Shown: piece by piece, positions 37,306-48,961 of the stretch
How positions within the stretch are numbered: position 1 is the stretch's first letter
Layout of the letters: every line of letters begins with the position of its first letter
Virus record (IMG/VR): IMGVR_UViG_3300046808_001035
DNA length: 64,000 bases
From: a virus
Direction: 5' to 3' (one strand)
Program-made: the position numbers and the translations under genes
The notes under the pieces: model-generated
The model's database searches: none
The model's input: only the letters and a program-made list of their open reading frames with translations
Told to the model about the DNA's origin: nothing

Positions 37306-37625
37306 GGTTTATAGTTTTTTAGTTGGTTTTCAAGTACCTCAATTTCCTTTTTCAGTTTATTGATCTTTTCTATTGTAGGAGCCTGATATGCGATTTTATC
37401 AATGAGTGTACCCAGGTCATCTTCAGCTAAATCGCCGTCTTCATCAATCACTGGATAGTTCGTAATACTCCACTCTGGCGGAAGCTCGAACTCATTGTTA
37501 ATTTCATAAATAGATCCTTTCTGAATAAACAAACCTTGGTCTGTGCAGGCTCGGGCGATATCTTCTACCATTTCTTCTTCGGCGTAAATGACCGTATGAT
37601 ATGTCACTTGATATAATTTTTTCAT
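37302..37625 (-). CDS. KKLY family member
   Basis: MKKLYQVTYHTVI...EI....ELP.EW.I..YP. Confidence 0.65.
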   Translation of the reverse strand: MKKLYQVTYHTVIYAEEEMVEDIARACTDQGLFIQKGSIYEINNEFELPPEWSITNYPVIDEDGDLAEDDLGTLIDKIAYQAPTIEKINKLKKEIEVLENQLKNYKP

Positions 37626-40600
37626 GGTTAGTAGGCTGCTAATTTTTCTCCGATATACCAAACGATCGCGGTAAATTTGTTGTTATTGAATACACCTTCA
37701 GGAGCATCATAAGGGTCTAGAACTCCACCCACATCGCCCATCAACTTACCATCAAGGTCTTCAATTATTTCCTTAGCAAGAATATCTAATTGCTTCTTCT
37801 GCTCGTCTGTTAGTTTATAGTTTGATTTTCCCATGACTTATAAATATCCTGACTTAATTTCCTTGTCGCCCTTGTTAAAACTAAACCCGTGGCTATAGTA
37901 GCCGTTGTGTTTGTTATAGAGATGTAGATAGCGCTCCTGGTTTTTCTTAATCATCCTGAACACAGCGTAATTCTCTTCGCTCATTTTTTTATCTTCTCGC
38001 AATTCGAGAAAGAACTTTGGGTCAAATACCCAGCCTTCTAGTTCTTTGTTTATATGCACTGTTGTGCTGCTCTCTTCTAATCCCACCACACACTCGGCTG
38101 GCGGAGCAGGATTAGTGCTGATGAGCCAACCAAAATCTTCACAGCAGTTAGACCCATAGTCAAAACCTACTACAAGGTTATTTTCATCTACGAAGTTTAT
38201 CTTTGAGGCACTCCATCCTAGCCCTGTTGACGGAAAGTATTTCATACTTTGCTTTGTGCTTGCTTGACGGCTATGTATTTTTTCAAAAGGTTATCGTCGT
38301 TAGCTATCGCACTCATAGTCTCCGGCGAGTACCAATCCACACCGGTTCCATCTATTTTAATGGTGTATTCGTTACCGTCTTCATCAACTATTAATTGTCC
38401 CGCAAATGCGTGTTTGTTTTCCGGCTGCTTTTGCATAGATTGCTTGAGATAGTAACGAACCTGGAAGCTGAACACACTCTTGCTGTGTTTCTTTGCTTTG
38501 TCGTTTTCTATCCAAGCGTATTCGACCATATCATTCTTAGAGCTGATAACAACCACTTCAATCCCTGCTCCGTCACAGCTGGTCCATACCTGTCCAGGTT
38601 TGATCTCATCTTCTTTTAACCATTTCTTGTACTCGTCACTCATCTTGACTGATTTACCCTCTTTTTTAACCAGGTATTCTTCAATCTGTACAGGTGCCAA
38701 CAATTCGATTTTCACAATATCGTCGTCTGTGTCGTATAGAAACATAGCATCTCCATGTATTTCTACCTCTCTATTATTTTCTTCACGGAACTTGAGACAG
38801 TACTCATTTCCGCCATCAGCCCACCCCAAATACATAAACTCGTGTTCATCTTCTCCGGTTAAGCCGTCTAGCAATGGGCACAATATTATTCCATTATCGA
38901 CCCTGAGTACTTCTGCCTTTTGTTCGAGAAGCCTGAAAGCTTCCTGTAGAGTTATCTTTTTCATTAACTTTCTAATTCTATATATGCTCCACGTTGTTCG
39001 AGCTCTGCGAGTTTTTCATCTACTTGATATCTTAGTGCAGTCTCATCCGAGTCTAGTGAAGACATCACTTCGTCAAACCAGGATTTAAACCTATCCACAC
39101 TAATTAGGGTATGGTCGTTATCGCCCCAACTGAAGGGCGCGTCGTCGCTAATCAGGTCAAATATCCAAGTTCTCCACTCTTCAGGGAAAAGCTGACCCAT
39201 TGGGTATGCTTCAAACTTTATAGTCTCTAGCTTTATTTTCATTAGGGGTATTTGATTAATCTGACGTTATTTTGAATGCTGCGCAGTTCATCCATACAGT
39301 CAAGAAGCTTAGCCTGTACTGAGGCGATAACTTCGTGTTCTGTCACCGGATACATGTTAAGCACGTCATCTGCAGCACTTATTAGAGCTCGGCTCCACTC
39401 TAAACGTTCTTTGACACATGATGTTTCCAGAGTTAGAGAGCAGCTGTCTCCTCTGACTGTGATCTCTGCGCTAGCCTGGTTAGCGCTTACGTTGATTTCC
39501 ATACTTACAGCTCGTTACCGTTACTGAAGAAATTTGCTAGCTGGGAGGTTTTAGCTTCCTCAAACTCTATTTTCTTCATAACAGGTCTAAACATCTTCAA
39601 GGTTTCAAACACAACAATATTGCTCTCTATATCTTGAATCTCATAATTATCAGATATGTATTTTTGACAATCCTCTAGAGACGAGTGTAAGCTGACGTGT
39701 CCGTCGTTTATTTCGTATACGACATACTTGAAGCTAAGAGGGTCGGCTTTAATTTTGTCAGATAGCTTGAAGCTTTTGGTTTCTGTTTTCATATTTATTC
39801 TGTTGGTCGAGGTCTAGGATTACCTGCAGTTATTTCTCTTTCTGGTCCACAAGCATCGAACAAAGGCCAAAGAGATTGCGCTGTAGTTGGATAAGTTGGA
39901 TAAGATGCTCCTTGCGGACGCATTTTTCGCTTTCTTGCGCAGAACAAATAACTTGCCCAGGCGTCAAAAGTCCCAACATCTTTAATAGACTTCTCGAATA
40001 AATCTACGTCTTCCTGACTTTCAATATCTTCAGCGTCTGCGCAACCCCAAAAGAATAGGTCATTACAGAGTACATAAAAATCCAAGTCTTGATTCCAAAG
40101 AATGTCTGATTGCAGATCGTTAGCTGCTACCAGCTTTAATAGGTTAATTTTGTATTGTTCCATATGTAAATATACCAACTTCTTCCTCTGTGACGTGTAG
40201 AATAACTGCTACGCTTATTGGATATTCTAGCCTAAAAAGCTCTTTGATTTTGCTCTCAGCATCTTTTCTAGAATAGTACCTGGCAGGTCTGCTGTAGCTA
40301 TCACTGTAAGTCCATTGTTCTTGTGAGAGGTCGGTAAGTCTGACTACGTAATAGTCTTCCTTATCTCTTAATTTATTTGATTGTGTTTCCATATCGGTTT
40401 AAAGAAAACGCTCACATATAAATTCACCAAACACGGCTCCAGCTATACAGCTCAAGAACACTGTAATAAACGAAACCACAAAAAGTGTAGTGAATAACAC
40501 AATATCAATCGCCAAATCTAGCTCGTTTTCCATAACTACAGTTTAGTTGTGTTGCGCCAATCTTCCCAATTTTTAGGAGTAAACCAACAAATCAGGCCAT

Positions 40601-41475
40601 ATTTTGTGTTGTTGAAAAACTCGTAGTTGTACTCATAACCTTCTTTAAAAGCATTCTTTTTTGCTGTTGTGAGTGAGATACTAATCCACGGAGTGATGTA
40701 TTGCTCTTTAGATTTGTTCGTCTCTTCAATCAGCTTCTCTAGCTCAGGAAACTCAAAAGAGGCTGTTACAACGTTATAGTTTTTGCGTTTAACGGGGGCA
40801 ACATACCCGCCATAGCTCGAGTGCGCTATGTCAACACGCTTAAATTTAAAGAACTCGGCGTTACCAGCATTCGTCCAATCTAGTTGCACAGATATGAATC
40901 CATTCGTGTGCTTGCTGATCTTTGGCTTTAGAAACTTAATCTGGAACCTCTGTTCGTATTCTTTAAGGTTGCTGAAAATAACTTTCATATGTGTAGGTGT
41001 ACGAGGCAATGTTGTAGTAGTAGTTCTGCGTTGAAGTTTCTACTGAGATATTGTCTCCATATCTCAGGCACGCTAAAAGGCCTTTTTATATGTGCTAGCT
41101 CTTCTTTGATTTGCTTCTGATCTTCTAGGTAGGTTTTGAGGCTATCTAGTATTTCTAACCCTTCCTTTGGTATTCTTTCAGCTTCCATGAACAATTATGT
41201 TTGTTAGATCTCCGAGAGATTCTAGCATAATAGACCCTGTCAGGAGTCCTGCTGGTTGTTGTTCTTTGTCGTGCTCCCAGAAAGTGATCTTTTGTGTTGT
41301 GTGTAGAAATTTATCCACATACACCCACATCGTCACTTCGTCTACACTAATACGATAATCAGGGTTGTCTTTATGGCTTACTGTTTTCCCAGTATAAGCC
41401 ACTGTTAAACTTCCAACGATCTCGTGCATAGCCTCATCAAGCCTTTCTTGCAAGTGGGCATGCAACGGCATTATT

Positions 41476-41847
41476 TTAATCTCCATAATTTTGACCTAAC
41501 ACGTCTGTGGATAGGTTGTGTAACGCTGCCAGAGTACCTAGTCTTGATCGCCATTCCTCTACAGGGTCGACATCGTGAATGTCTTGAAGCGCTCCAATGA
41601 GTAGCGAATGCTTGGGAGTAACGTCAGCTTCATGAATCAAGTCATCCCAGCAAGTGTCTTCCATCTCCATAAAGTACTCATCTTCACTGATAAGACAACC
41701 CGCCGCACATCTAAGTCCTCCCTCTCCGTAATAAGCACAGTTACCCTGCCGAGATAGACTTTTGGCTCCTTGTGTTAATAGGTGCTTTGCCACATGATCA
41801 AAGACTTCTTGAGCCGTTGCTTTTGGTAATGTTGTTAGCGTGAGCAT
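41476..41847 (-). CDS. MITL/CAAGCLI family member
   Basis: MLTLTTL..ATAQEVFDHVAKHLL...LRCAAGCLISEDEY...LQDIHD. Confidence 0.8.
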   Translation of the reverse strand: MLTLTTLPKATAQEVFDHVAKHLLTQGAKSLSRQGNCAYYGEGGLRCAAGCLISEDEYFMEMEDTCWDDLIHEADVTPKHSLLIGALQDIHDVDPVEEWRSRLGTLAALHNLSTDVLGQNYGD

Positions 41848-43525
41848 ATTAATGTTTCTAGATATTTGATGTATTGATTGGTTATCTCCCCACCGAAAGG
41901 GTCTTTGGCCAAATCCCGCTGCAGAGTATTAATCACTAGCTGAACTGCTTCTTTGCTATAGAAGTCAGGAAGAGCCACTGCAGAGAGAAATGCGTCGTAG
42001 ATCTTTGACGCATCAAGTGTTAGTTCGTCGATTACATTATTCATAGTCGTGAATTACCGCGAGCACTTCAATTACTTCAAGTTTAGTGGTTGTCTCTCTA
42101 GCAACCACACTGATGAGTGTATAGTTGTTGGTGATGTTCTTCTGAAGTTTCCTGGCTACACGCAAAGCCTCTTCTTCTGTTTCATAATAGGTGTCGCACC
42201 ATACATCCTTGCGATCAAGGCCTTCGCTAACCTCTACGAACCATTCTTTCTTTGTTGTCGTATTTGTCGTCATACTGTTTAGTTTTGATAGCTTGAGCGC
42301 ATTCCGTTATTCCATTTAAAGATAGGTCTCCCATTACTATCTGCCTCGTAATGGGCAGCTCCTGCGTCTATAGCTTCACTGTGGATAACCTTACAGTGGC
42401 CTTCTCCTATGGCTAGCCCCAGCACAATTCCAACGATTGCTCCAAAGATACATCCCGCAATAACTTCAAATGTGTCGTGCATATTATTTATTTTGTTAAA
42501 GGTTAAACTACCAGCGCTACGAAGTCTTTTTGATATGCTTCGTGTATTTCTTCTCTTAATTCTTTTGATGCAAACTCATGAGTAAATATTGGTCGACCTA
42601 GCCGCTTCTCTACATCCTCGTGAAAGTCTGCAAAGTCGCAGGCGAGTACTCCTGTGTATCCTGTAATGATAAGCCCTTGCTCTCTCGTGAGTTTAGGTAC
42701 GGTGTCAGTCTTTGTTTCAGTGCTTTCCATAAGGTCTAGTGATGTCTTTTGTGGTTGCTGGAACCTCTAGTAGATTCCAGAAGTGTTTGTTTATGTTTTT
42801 CTCAATCTCTTTTTCAGAGAGCTCGCCGTCTCCGCAACGGTGAGCATAGCTCCAATTGTCTGCGTTTTTCAGCAATGCTTTGATCCCTGCATCACTGCTA
42901 CAGATCATGAATAGGTTGATTTGATGCAGAAACCTTTCATACATCTCAACCTTTTGTCGCAGTGTCGGCTTTTTGTTTTTGTTCATTTTTCGAACTCTTT
43001 CTTCAACTTTTCATAGAGAGCTTTGCGCTCTGTTTTAGCTTTAATTCTTCTTTGCTTTTCTTTTTCACGCTTCAGCTTTTCGTGCTTCTCTTCTTCAGCT
43101 ACCCGTTTCTCATATTCGTCATCTGTCTCTTCTCGGTGCTGAGTCAATTCAAACTCGTAGTCGCTACCAAAAAATACATCTGTCCAACCAGAGAGTTTAT
43201 ATGCCTGAAACACACCGATTAGGTTGTCAATTTTCCCGTTCAGTTTATTAAGGACAACCGTTGGCCCCACCTTCATAAGTTGCTGTTTCTCTGATTTATT
43301 CTTTTTCATTTTTCTTTCTTATGTATACGTCGAAAAAATCATCTGTTTTGCAATCATAACCTGCATGTTTACACGCTTGCTCAATATCTACCTGGCACAA
43401 GCAAGCGTTAGGGGAAACATCACTGTATCCTTCGGCAAGAGGCAGATCTTCTACTTTTACAGAGAATATTTCTGCTAGCTCTTTAGGAGATTCGATAGTT
43501 TGTCTTGTGTCGGTATTATAGATTT

Positions 43526-43897
43526 CTACACACATAACTTATCCTTTTCAAAAATATTGCCGATGACAGTGTAAGTGTGTTCACTACTCAAACCTATCGC
43601 CCAATCTTTGTCTAGGGTACTTACGAGCCTAAAGCCTGTGCCCTCGCTGTCGATAACGTACTGTACTTCATATGTATCACCATAGCCCTCGACTAGCAAG
43701 AGATCGCCTTCATAGATTTCGTTACCTTTCTTATCTTTTAAACCTGTGAATTGTTGAAAGATAGCTTCTTTGTAAAGATCTTTCTCCCAATTACGAATGT
43801 AAGCATGCAACGTGCCTTCTTTTGGATATACTAATCCATCATCTCCAAACAACTTGCTACAATGCTTAATGTAAACCCTGAACTTAATTGTTCTCAT
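43526..43897 (-). CDS. YopX family protein
   Basis: MRTIKFR...QFTGLKDKKGNEIYEGDLL...VIGNIFE. Confidence 0.85.
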   Translation of the reverse strand: MRTIKFRVYIKHCSKLFGDDGLVYPKEGTLHAYIRNWEKDLYKEAIFQQFTGLKDKKGNEIYEGDLLLVEGYGDTYEVQYVIDSEGTGFRLVSTLDKDWAIGLSSEHTYTVIGNIFEKDKLCV

Positions 43898-44963
43898 CTT
43901 ATCTAGGATCTCCAGGGAATTTTTCTAGTTTTTCAGTGTCTGCCAATTGATTTGCTAAATCAGCAACAGTATTGATGGCTAACGCCAGATCTCTCGCTTT
44001 CTGAAGTATCATATCGTCACGCCGCATGAACTCTTCAGCCATTTCTTTTGAACACCAACGCTCTAGTGTCAGATCATGTATCCTAGTGCAGTGTGCGTTG
44101 AACCATGCCTTGAGTTTAGCCATATCCCATTCTTTTTTTGAAACGAGACTGAAGGCTTCCTGTGGGCTATAGTCTACATATTTAACTTCCAACCCAAGCA
44201 TTTTACAGAATCTCGCTCGAGACAGTCCATCTACATTGAAACCTAACCCATGCTCACCGTCATACCCACTCATTCCATAATGAGCTATGTTGCACAGTGT
44301 ACTAGGATATATACCATAGTCTCCTCCCTTATAGCCACTCATATACCCGTGAGACGTAGCAGCTCTAGTCACTTTAAGCATATCTCCAAGTCTCACATTC
44401 TCGGCTGGCCCGAATGCCAACTCTTCGTAAGCTCCTCTCCAGCTATCGAAATCAGCGAAGCCATGTTTAACAGTCTGGTCTTCGCCGTATTTATTAATAG
44501 CCTCAACGAGTAAAGCTGTTACTTCTGACAATTGTAATTTTTTAAAGTTCATGATTTTTTGACGATATTTATGAAGAGATTTATGAAGGCAAAAGCTATA
44601 AGTCCAATTACGAATACTCCGAATCCTAACTGTACACCGTACGCTAGATCTGGATGATCTTTAATAAATTGAGCATTCCGCTCATCCATCATTTGTTCAG
44701 ACTTGCTTTTATAAACTATAATAGACTCATTCATATTGAATTTGTTTATTTGCGGTTACACGGGTTGGTGATCACTTTGACTGTTCTAGTCTCTGTCATA
44801 TAGATCTGCACTGAGAACCCTCCCTCTCTAAACTGCTCAGCGACTTTCTCGGCCTGCTCTAGAGTATCCATACGTCCTTCCCCTATAGAAAACGCATGGT
44901 ATCTAAACCATTTATCTGCTCCTTTAGCAAGATACTCAATATAGTAATATTTACCTAGAACGC

Positions 44964-45302
44964 TCATCTCTGAAACCTTTCTGGTGTTTCGTGAATGTTG
45001 CCGATGACTTCTAGCTTATCTCTGTAATACGCTAGGGCTTGATGATCTCCGTCTATGTTTTCAACTTGGTAGCCTGAATACTCTAGAGAGTAGCTTACAA
45101 CATAGATATAAGCTGTACCTCGTCTCTTCACAATGTCGCCTTCATAGATTTCAATACCGTGGATGTCAGTGGAACCGATATATTGCTGTACCGGATAATC
45201 TTTTTGATCTAGGTACCGATCTGAAAGGTCGAAATCATCAAGTCCGAAATAGGCGAATTTTCCTATATCTGGAATATATACTCTGAATTTAAGTGTTCTC
45301 AT
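44964..45302 (-). CDS. YopX family protein
   Basis: MRTLKFR...QYIG..D..G.EIYEGDIV...EVIGNIHE. Confidence 0.85.
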   Translation of the reverse strand: MRTLKFRVYIPDIGKFAYFGLDDFDLSDRYLDQKDYPVQQYIGSTDIHGIEIYEGDIVKRRGTAYIYVVSYSLEYSGYQVENIDGDHQALAYYRDKLEVIGNIHETPERFQR

Positions 45303-45708
45303 TGTTCTCCTCCTGCTTGTCTAGCTCTTCAGATTCTTTAATTCGCCTCAAGACCTCCATGAATGCTTCTGCTTTGTATCTGCTAGGAATGTGAAACGTA
45401 TCGTAGGTATACCCTTGGAGAATATTTTTATACACAAACCAGAACACTTCTCCATACTTGAAGTGCATCAAACACTCTTCGGCTTTGTGCATAGCGTCGA
45501 GACTACTCACATAGTCTGGAACTTTGACATACACTGAAAAGCTGTTAGGTCTAGCGTCAACTATAGACGCAGTCAACATATAGCAGTCTAGCCCTGTACC
45601 CTCAGCTTCAACTCGTAAATCTACATTTTTATACCCACAAAATTCAGCAATCGCCTTGTTGATCTCGTTTTTTATTTGTTCTGCTAGTGGTCCTGTTGAG
45701 TATTCCAT
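45289..45708 (-). CDS. EINIA/PDY..SLDAM family member
   Basis: EINKAIAEFCG...PDYVSSLDAMHKAE...KAEAF. Confidence 0.75.
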   Translation of the reverse strand: MEYSTGPLAEQIKNEINKAIAEFCGYKNVDLRVEAEGTGLDCYMLTASIVDARPNSFSVYVKVPDYVSSLDAMHKAEECLMHFKYGEVFWFVYKNILQGYTYDTFHIPSRYKAEAFMEVLRRIKESEELDKQEENNENT

Positions 45709-46037
45709 TTTCCTAATGTTTTTAAGAATGCTTCTGCTTTTTGACGGGCGGTGGCTGTGAGTAGCTCATCATAATGATGACTCTTTGATATACGTGCTGC
45801 GTAATCATAAATCAGCACGCCTTTAATTGTTCTAATTACCTTCTCTGCTTCATGCATAGCATCGAGGCTGTTCACATAATCTGGCACTCTCTTCCAAACA
45901 GCTTCACCTCCATGATGTTCAGCTTCATACCATAAACAAACACCCTCAGGATCAAATTTACCTCTACGAGTGCCTCTTTTCACTGGAAGGTTAAACACGA
46001 CTTCTGCGATCTTTTGATTAATTTCAAGGTCAGTCAT
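45684..46037 (-). CDS. EINIA family member
   Basis: MTDLEINQKIAE...PDYVNSLDAMHEAE...ATARQKAEAFLKTLGKW. Confidence 0.8.
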   Translation of the reverse strand: MTDLEINQKIAEVVFNLPVKRGTRRGKFDPEGVCLWYEAEHHGGEAVWKRVPDYVNSLDAMHEAEKVIRTIKGVLIYDYAARISKSHHYDELLTATARQKAEAFLKTLGKWNTQQDH

Positions 46038-46079
46038 TTTCTTTCCACTTTCCTAATGTTTTTAAGTATGCTTCTGCTC
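46021..46079. repeat. 59-bp exact direct repeat (second copy 47180-47238) spanning a gene junction
   Basis: atttcaaggtcagtcattttctttccactttcctaatgtttttaagtatgcttctgctc at both sites. Confidence 0.9.
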
Positions 46080-46374
46080 GTTGTCTTGCTCTAGCTGATA
46101 ACCATCCACGTTTTGCAGGTGTTGGGTTATCCCGCAAAGCTATTAAATATAGTTCATTACTGAATGCTCTGTAGGAGCTAGTGTCCATGCTTAGCTCAAC
46201 CTCATGCATAGCATCGAGGCTATTCGCATAGTCTGGGCACTCTTTCAAAAGATATCCTTCTGGATCTCGCTCTGTCTTTGGTCCACATGGAGTCAGACAA
46301 TGCGTGATACCATCTGAGACAATAGTGAATCCACGGCTTTTATGGACAGCTATATTGATTTCTTCACTAGTCAT
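46030..46374 (-). CDS. EINIA family member
   Basis: Start set at MTSEEINIAV; PDYANSLDAMHEVE...ARQRAEAYLKTLGKW. Confidence 0.8.
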   Translation of the reverse strand: MTSEEINIAVHKSRGFTIVSDGITHCLTPCGPKTERDPEGYLLKECPDYANSLDAMHEVELSMDTSSYRAFSNELYLIALRDNPTPAKRGWLSARARQRAEAYLKTLGKWKEND

Positions 46375-46869
46375 ACTATTTCTTCCAGCTAAAACCGAAG
46401 AAGTTATACACTTCAAAAAAGCTAGTTTTATTCTCTCTGTGATAACTGTTGTAGCTGATCATGGGGTAATACCACCCTTTCTCCCATTGAAAATGCCAAT
46501 ACTTGATACGAATGTTAATAAATGTGTTATCCATATTATTCTTCTGGAGTCCAAGCAAGAATTAGGTGAAATGTACCAAAACACATTCCGTGAGAATCGA
46601 AAGGAATTTTTCCCATTTCTGGATTAAAATCTTCGTTAATTGCTTCTGAAATATCCCGATCTATATCACATACATCTAAAACCTTGTCTTCTATTGTATA
46701 ATTCCTTTGAACTATACGATATATGTCGCCACCATGACATTTTTTCCTAAGTACTATATCTTTTTTTGCTGATTCTAAATCAGAATGAACTCCATCAAAC
46801 GCATCAAACCATGATCTACCTATATGTGATTCATATTGCACAACGTATTTCGTAAAGTCTTTACTCATA

Positions 46870-47196
46870 TTATTCCTTCCATTTATCGAATGCTCGCAGC
46901 ATAGCTTCTACTCTTTGTCTTGCTGTAGCAAAAAATGCTGAGGCAAATTCTTCTGCGTCGGGGTTGTCTCGATCAACAATCGCGCAAAGCTCATTTGTAA
47001 ATATTAGCCTTTTTTCTTCTGTTAGTTTAGGCCAAAGAGCTTCGAATGTATAAGCGTCATCCCAGTAATCAGGTATCAAGCGTCTATGTCTTCCTTCAGG
47101 ATTTGTTCCAACATATTCGTAATACTTCAAATCTTTTTCGATATTTGTCCACCCACACAATTCAGCTAGAGCGATATTGATTTCAAGGTCAGTCAT
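46870..47196 (-). CDS. EINIA family member
   Basis: MTDLEINIALAELCGW...PDY...ATARQRVEA. Confidence 0.8.
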   Translation of the reverse strand: MTDLEINIALAELCGWTNIEKDLKYYEYVGTNPEGRHRRLIPDYWDDAYTFEALWPKLTEEKRLIFTNELCAIVDRDNPDAEEFASAFFATARQRVEAMLRAFDKWKE

Positions 47197-47554
47197 TTTC
47201 TTTCCACTTTCCTAATGTTTTTAAGTATGCTTCTGCTCTTTGTCTTGCCGAGGCATGAAGTAAATCGAAGTGCTCCGACAGATCTATTGCCGAACCATGA
47301 CACAGAACTAGCAATAACCTGAAAGCGAAATCTCGCCTTTGTTTATCGTCTAGCCGCTCTTCAGCCTCTCTCATGGCGTTTAGGTTATTGCAATAATCAG
47401 GAAACGTGCAACTACCAGCAACAGGAGGAGATCCAATACGCACCATTTCCGGAACATCGCTTACGTCCCAATATTTTTGTGGTTTTGGTAGCACCTTGCA
47501 ATTTTTCCACCCAAGTGACTCTGCAATTGCTATATTAATTTCTTCGCTAGTCAT
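47189..47554 (-). CDS. EINIA family member
   Basis: MTSEEINIAIAESLGW...PDYCNNLNAMREAE...ASARQRAEAYLKTLGKW. Confidence 0.8.
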   Translation of the reverse strand: MTSEEINIAIAESLGWKNCKVLPKPQKYWDVSDVPEMVRIGSPPVAGSCTFPDYCNNLNAMREAEERLDDKQRRDFAFRLLLVLCHGSAIDLSEHFDLLHASARQRAEAYLKTLGKWKEND

Positions 47555-47589
47555 TGGTTATTTCAGGTTCTTTGTATCAAATCATAGAG

Positions 47590-47916
47590 TTATTCGACTC
47601 GCTCGTATGTTTCCTCAAAAATACTAGGCTTGCACGGATAACGCTCACCTTTTACTCCTGTGATAATATAATCACCAGGACATACTCGATGCCCGCCTTC
47701 AAGTGTATCTATCCAGCCGTGGTGATGAATTAGCTTATGACAATGTGAGCATTCATAATGTCCAGCTATATCAGGGTGCCTGAAGTATCTCACAACCTTA
47801 CCTTCGCTCAGGAAAGCTGGATTAGCGTCAATAAGAACGCACTGGTCATCTGGGTGGTCTCCGTTTTTAAACCATTGCGTGGCTTCTATAACTACTGGTT
47901 TCTTTCGATATTTCAT
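47590..47916 (-). CDS. Conserved phage protein (KYRKKPVVIEA / PGDYII family)
   Basis: MKYRKKPVVIEA.QW...IDTLEG...PGDYIITGVKGE.YPCKP.IFEETYE. Confidence 0.8.
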   Translation of the reverse strand: MKYRKKPVVIEATQWFKNGDHPDDQCVLIDANPAFLSEGKVVRYFRHPDIAGHYECSHCHKLIHHHGWIDTLEGGHRVCPGDYIITGVKGERYPCKPSIFEETYERVE

Positions 47917-48077
47917 AGTGATACTGTTTCTTCTAGGTTAATTTCTTCGTCATTGATGTCCATAGACAAACATGAAGTAAACAAAGGTCATTCCGACATT
48001 GAGACCCATAAGAAAGAATCCAAATAGATAGTTCTCAGGGTTCTCACAGATTTCTTTTCTAATTTGAGGTGGGATCT

Positions 48078-48305
48078 TCATTGCTGTCTTTCGTTCCAAA
48101 TCTTGATCAGCTTAGCAGGAAATATAAAATCATCCCAAAATTGTTCAATCAGTTCTCGTTTGAGGTAAGACCAAGGCCCAGCACAGCCACAGTCGTGACA
48201 AACAACATTAGCTGGTACTCCTTCTCTGTCTTCTGTGCTAGTCTGGATATTCAGATCCTTTGAACCACAGAAAGGACAAGGTTTGATATCTTCGTTCACT
48301 TTCAT
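48078..48305 (-). CDS. Lar-like (restriction alleviation) zinc-finger protein
   Basis: KPCPFCGS...VVCHDCG..GP...WNER. Confidence 0.7.
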   Translation of the reverse strand: MKVNEDIKPCPFCGSKDLNIQTSTEDREGVPANVVCHDCGCAGPWSYLKRELIEQFWDDFIFPAKLIKIWNERQQ

Positions 48306-48310
48306 ATTAG

Positions 48311-48394
48311 CTAGAACGCACTGGTCATCTCGATGATCTCCATTTTTAACGATTGCGCGGCCTCTATAACTACTGGTTTCTTTCGATATTTCAT
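48311..48394 (-). pseudogene. Frameshifted 5' fragment duplicated from 47590..47916
   Basis: 48313-48428 is an imperfect copy of 47834-47950 with a 1-nt deletion; translates MKYRKKPVVIEAAQSLKMEIIEMTSAF*. Confidence 0.75.
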
Positions 48395-48768
48395 AGTGAT
48401 ACTGTTTCTTCTAGTTTAATTTCTTCGTTTTTGCTATCTAAGGTTACAATCAAGGCACGTACACGATCTCTAGCAGAACTAGACAGATATGCACGCTGCC
48501 AATCTTTTACACTTTTAGAGTATTCTTTAGCTATATACCACAAGAGCCATCTGTATTTCTCGAATTGCTCCTCAGAGAGCGTCCGCTCTATTTTGTGAAC
48601 AATATCCAAATCTTGTGTGTATGTGTTTACAGCTACAAAAGCTCTCATAGGAAAAACCATTCCCATCAAAACTCCTTGCATCTTTTTAATGCCGTGCCAT
48701 CCGAGGAGTTCAGCCAGCTGCTTGTCAAGTCTCTCGTCAGATGTTAATTCTTCTTCATCATTTTCCAT
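48391..48768 (-). CDS. Divergent EINIA family member
   Basis: LDKQLAELLGW...YTQDLDIVHKIE...SSARDRVRALI. Confidence 0.7.
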   Translation of the reverse strand: MENDEEELTSDERLDKQLAELLGWHGIKKMQGVLMGMVFPMRAFVAVNTYTQDLDIVHKIERTLSEEQFEKYRWLLWYIAKEYSKSVKDWQRAYLSSSARDRVRALIVTLDSKNEEIKLEETVSL

Positions 48769-48961
48769 ATTCTAGTTTGTAGATGATCTTGTACGCTTCT
48801 TCGATGTTCTTGTTTAGTTCCTCTTCAACAGGGCACTGCACTGAAAGACAATGTCTGTGTTTTTTAGGATGATGTAGGTCTCCGCAAAAGGGCCTAGGGA
48901 TGTACCCTAGGACCCTACGGAGAATGTTTATTTCCTTTTTGCTTATCTTCATTACTGAAGA

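Noticed and set aside
45289-48768. Diversity-generating retroelement template/variable repeat pair
   Set aside because: No reverse transcriptase in the window; the 59-bp repeat is exact and the 117-bp repeat differences include an indel and are not adenine-specific.
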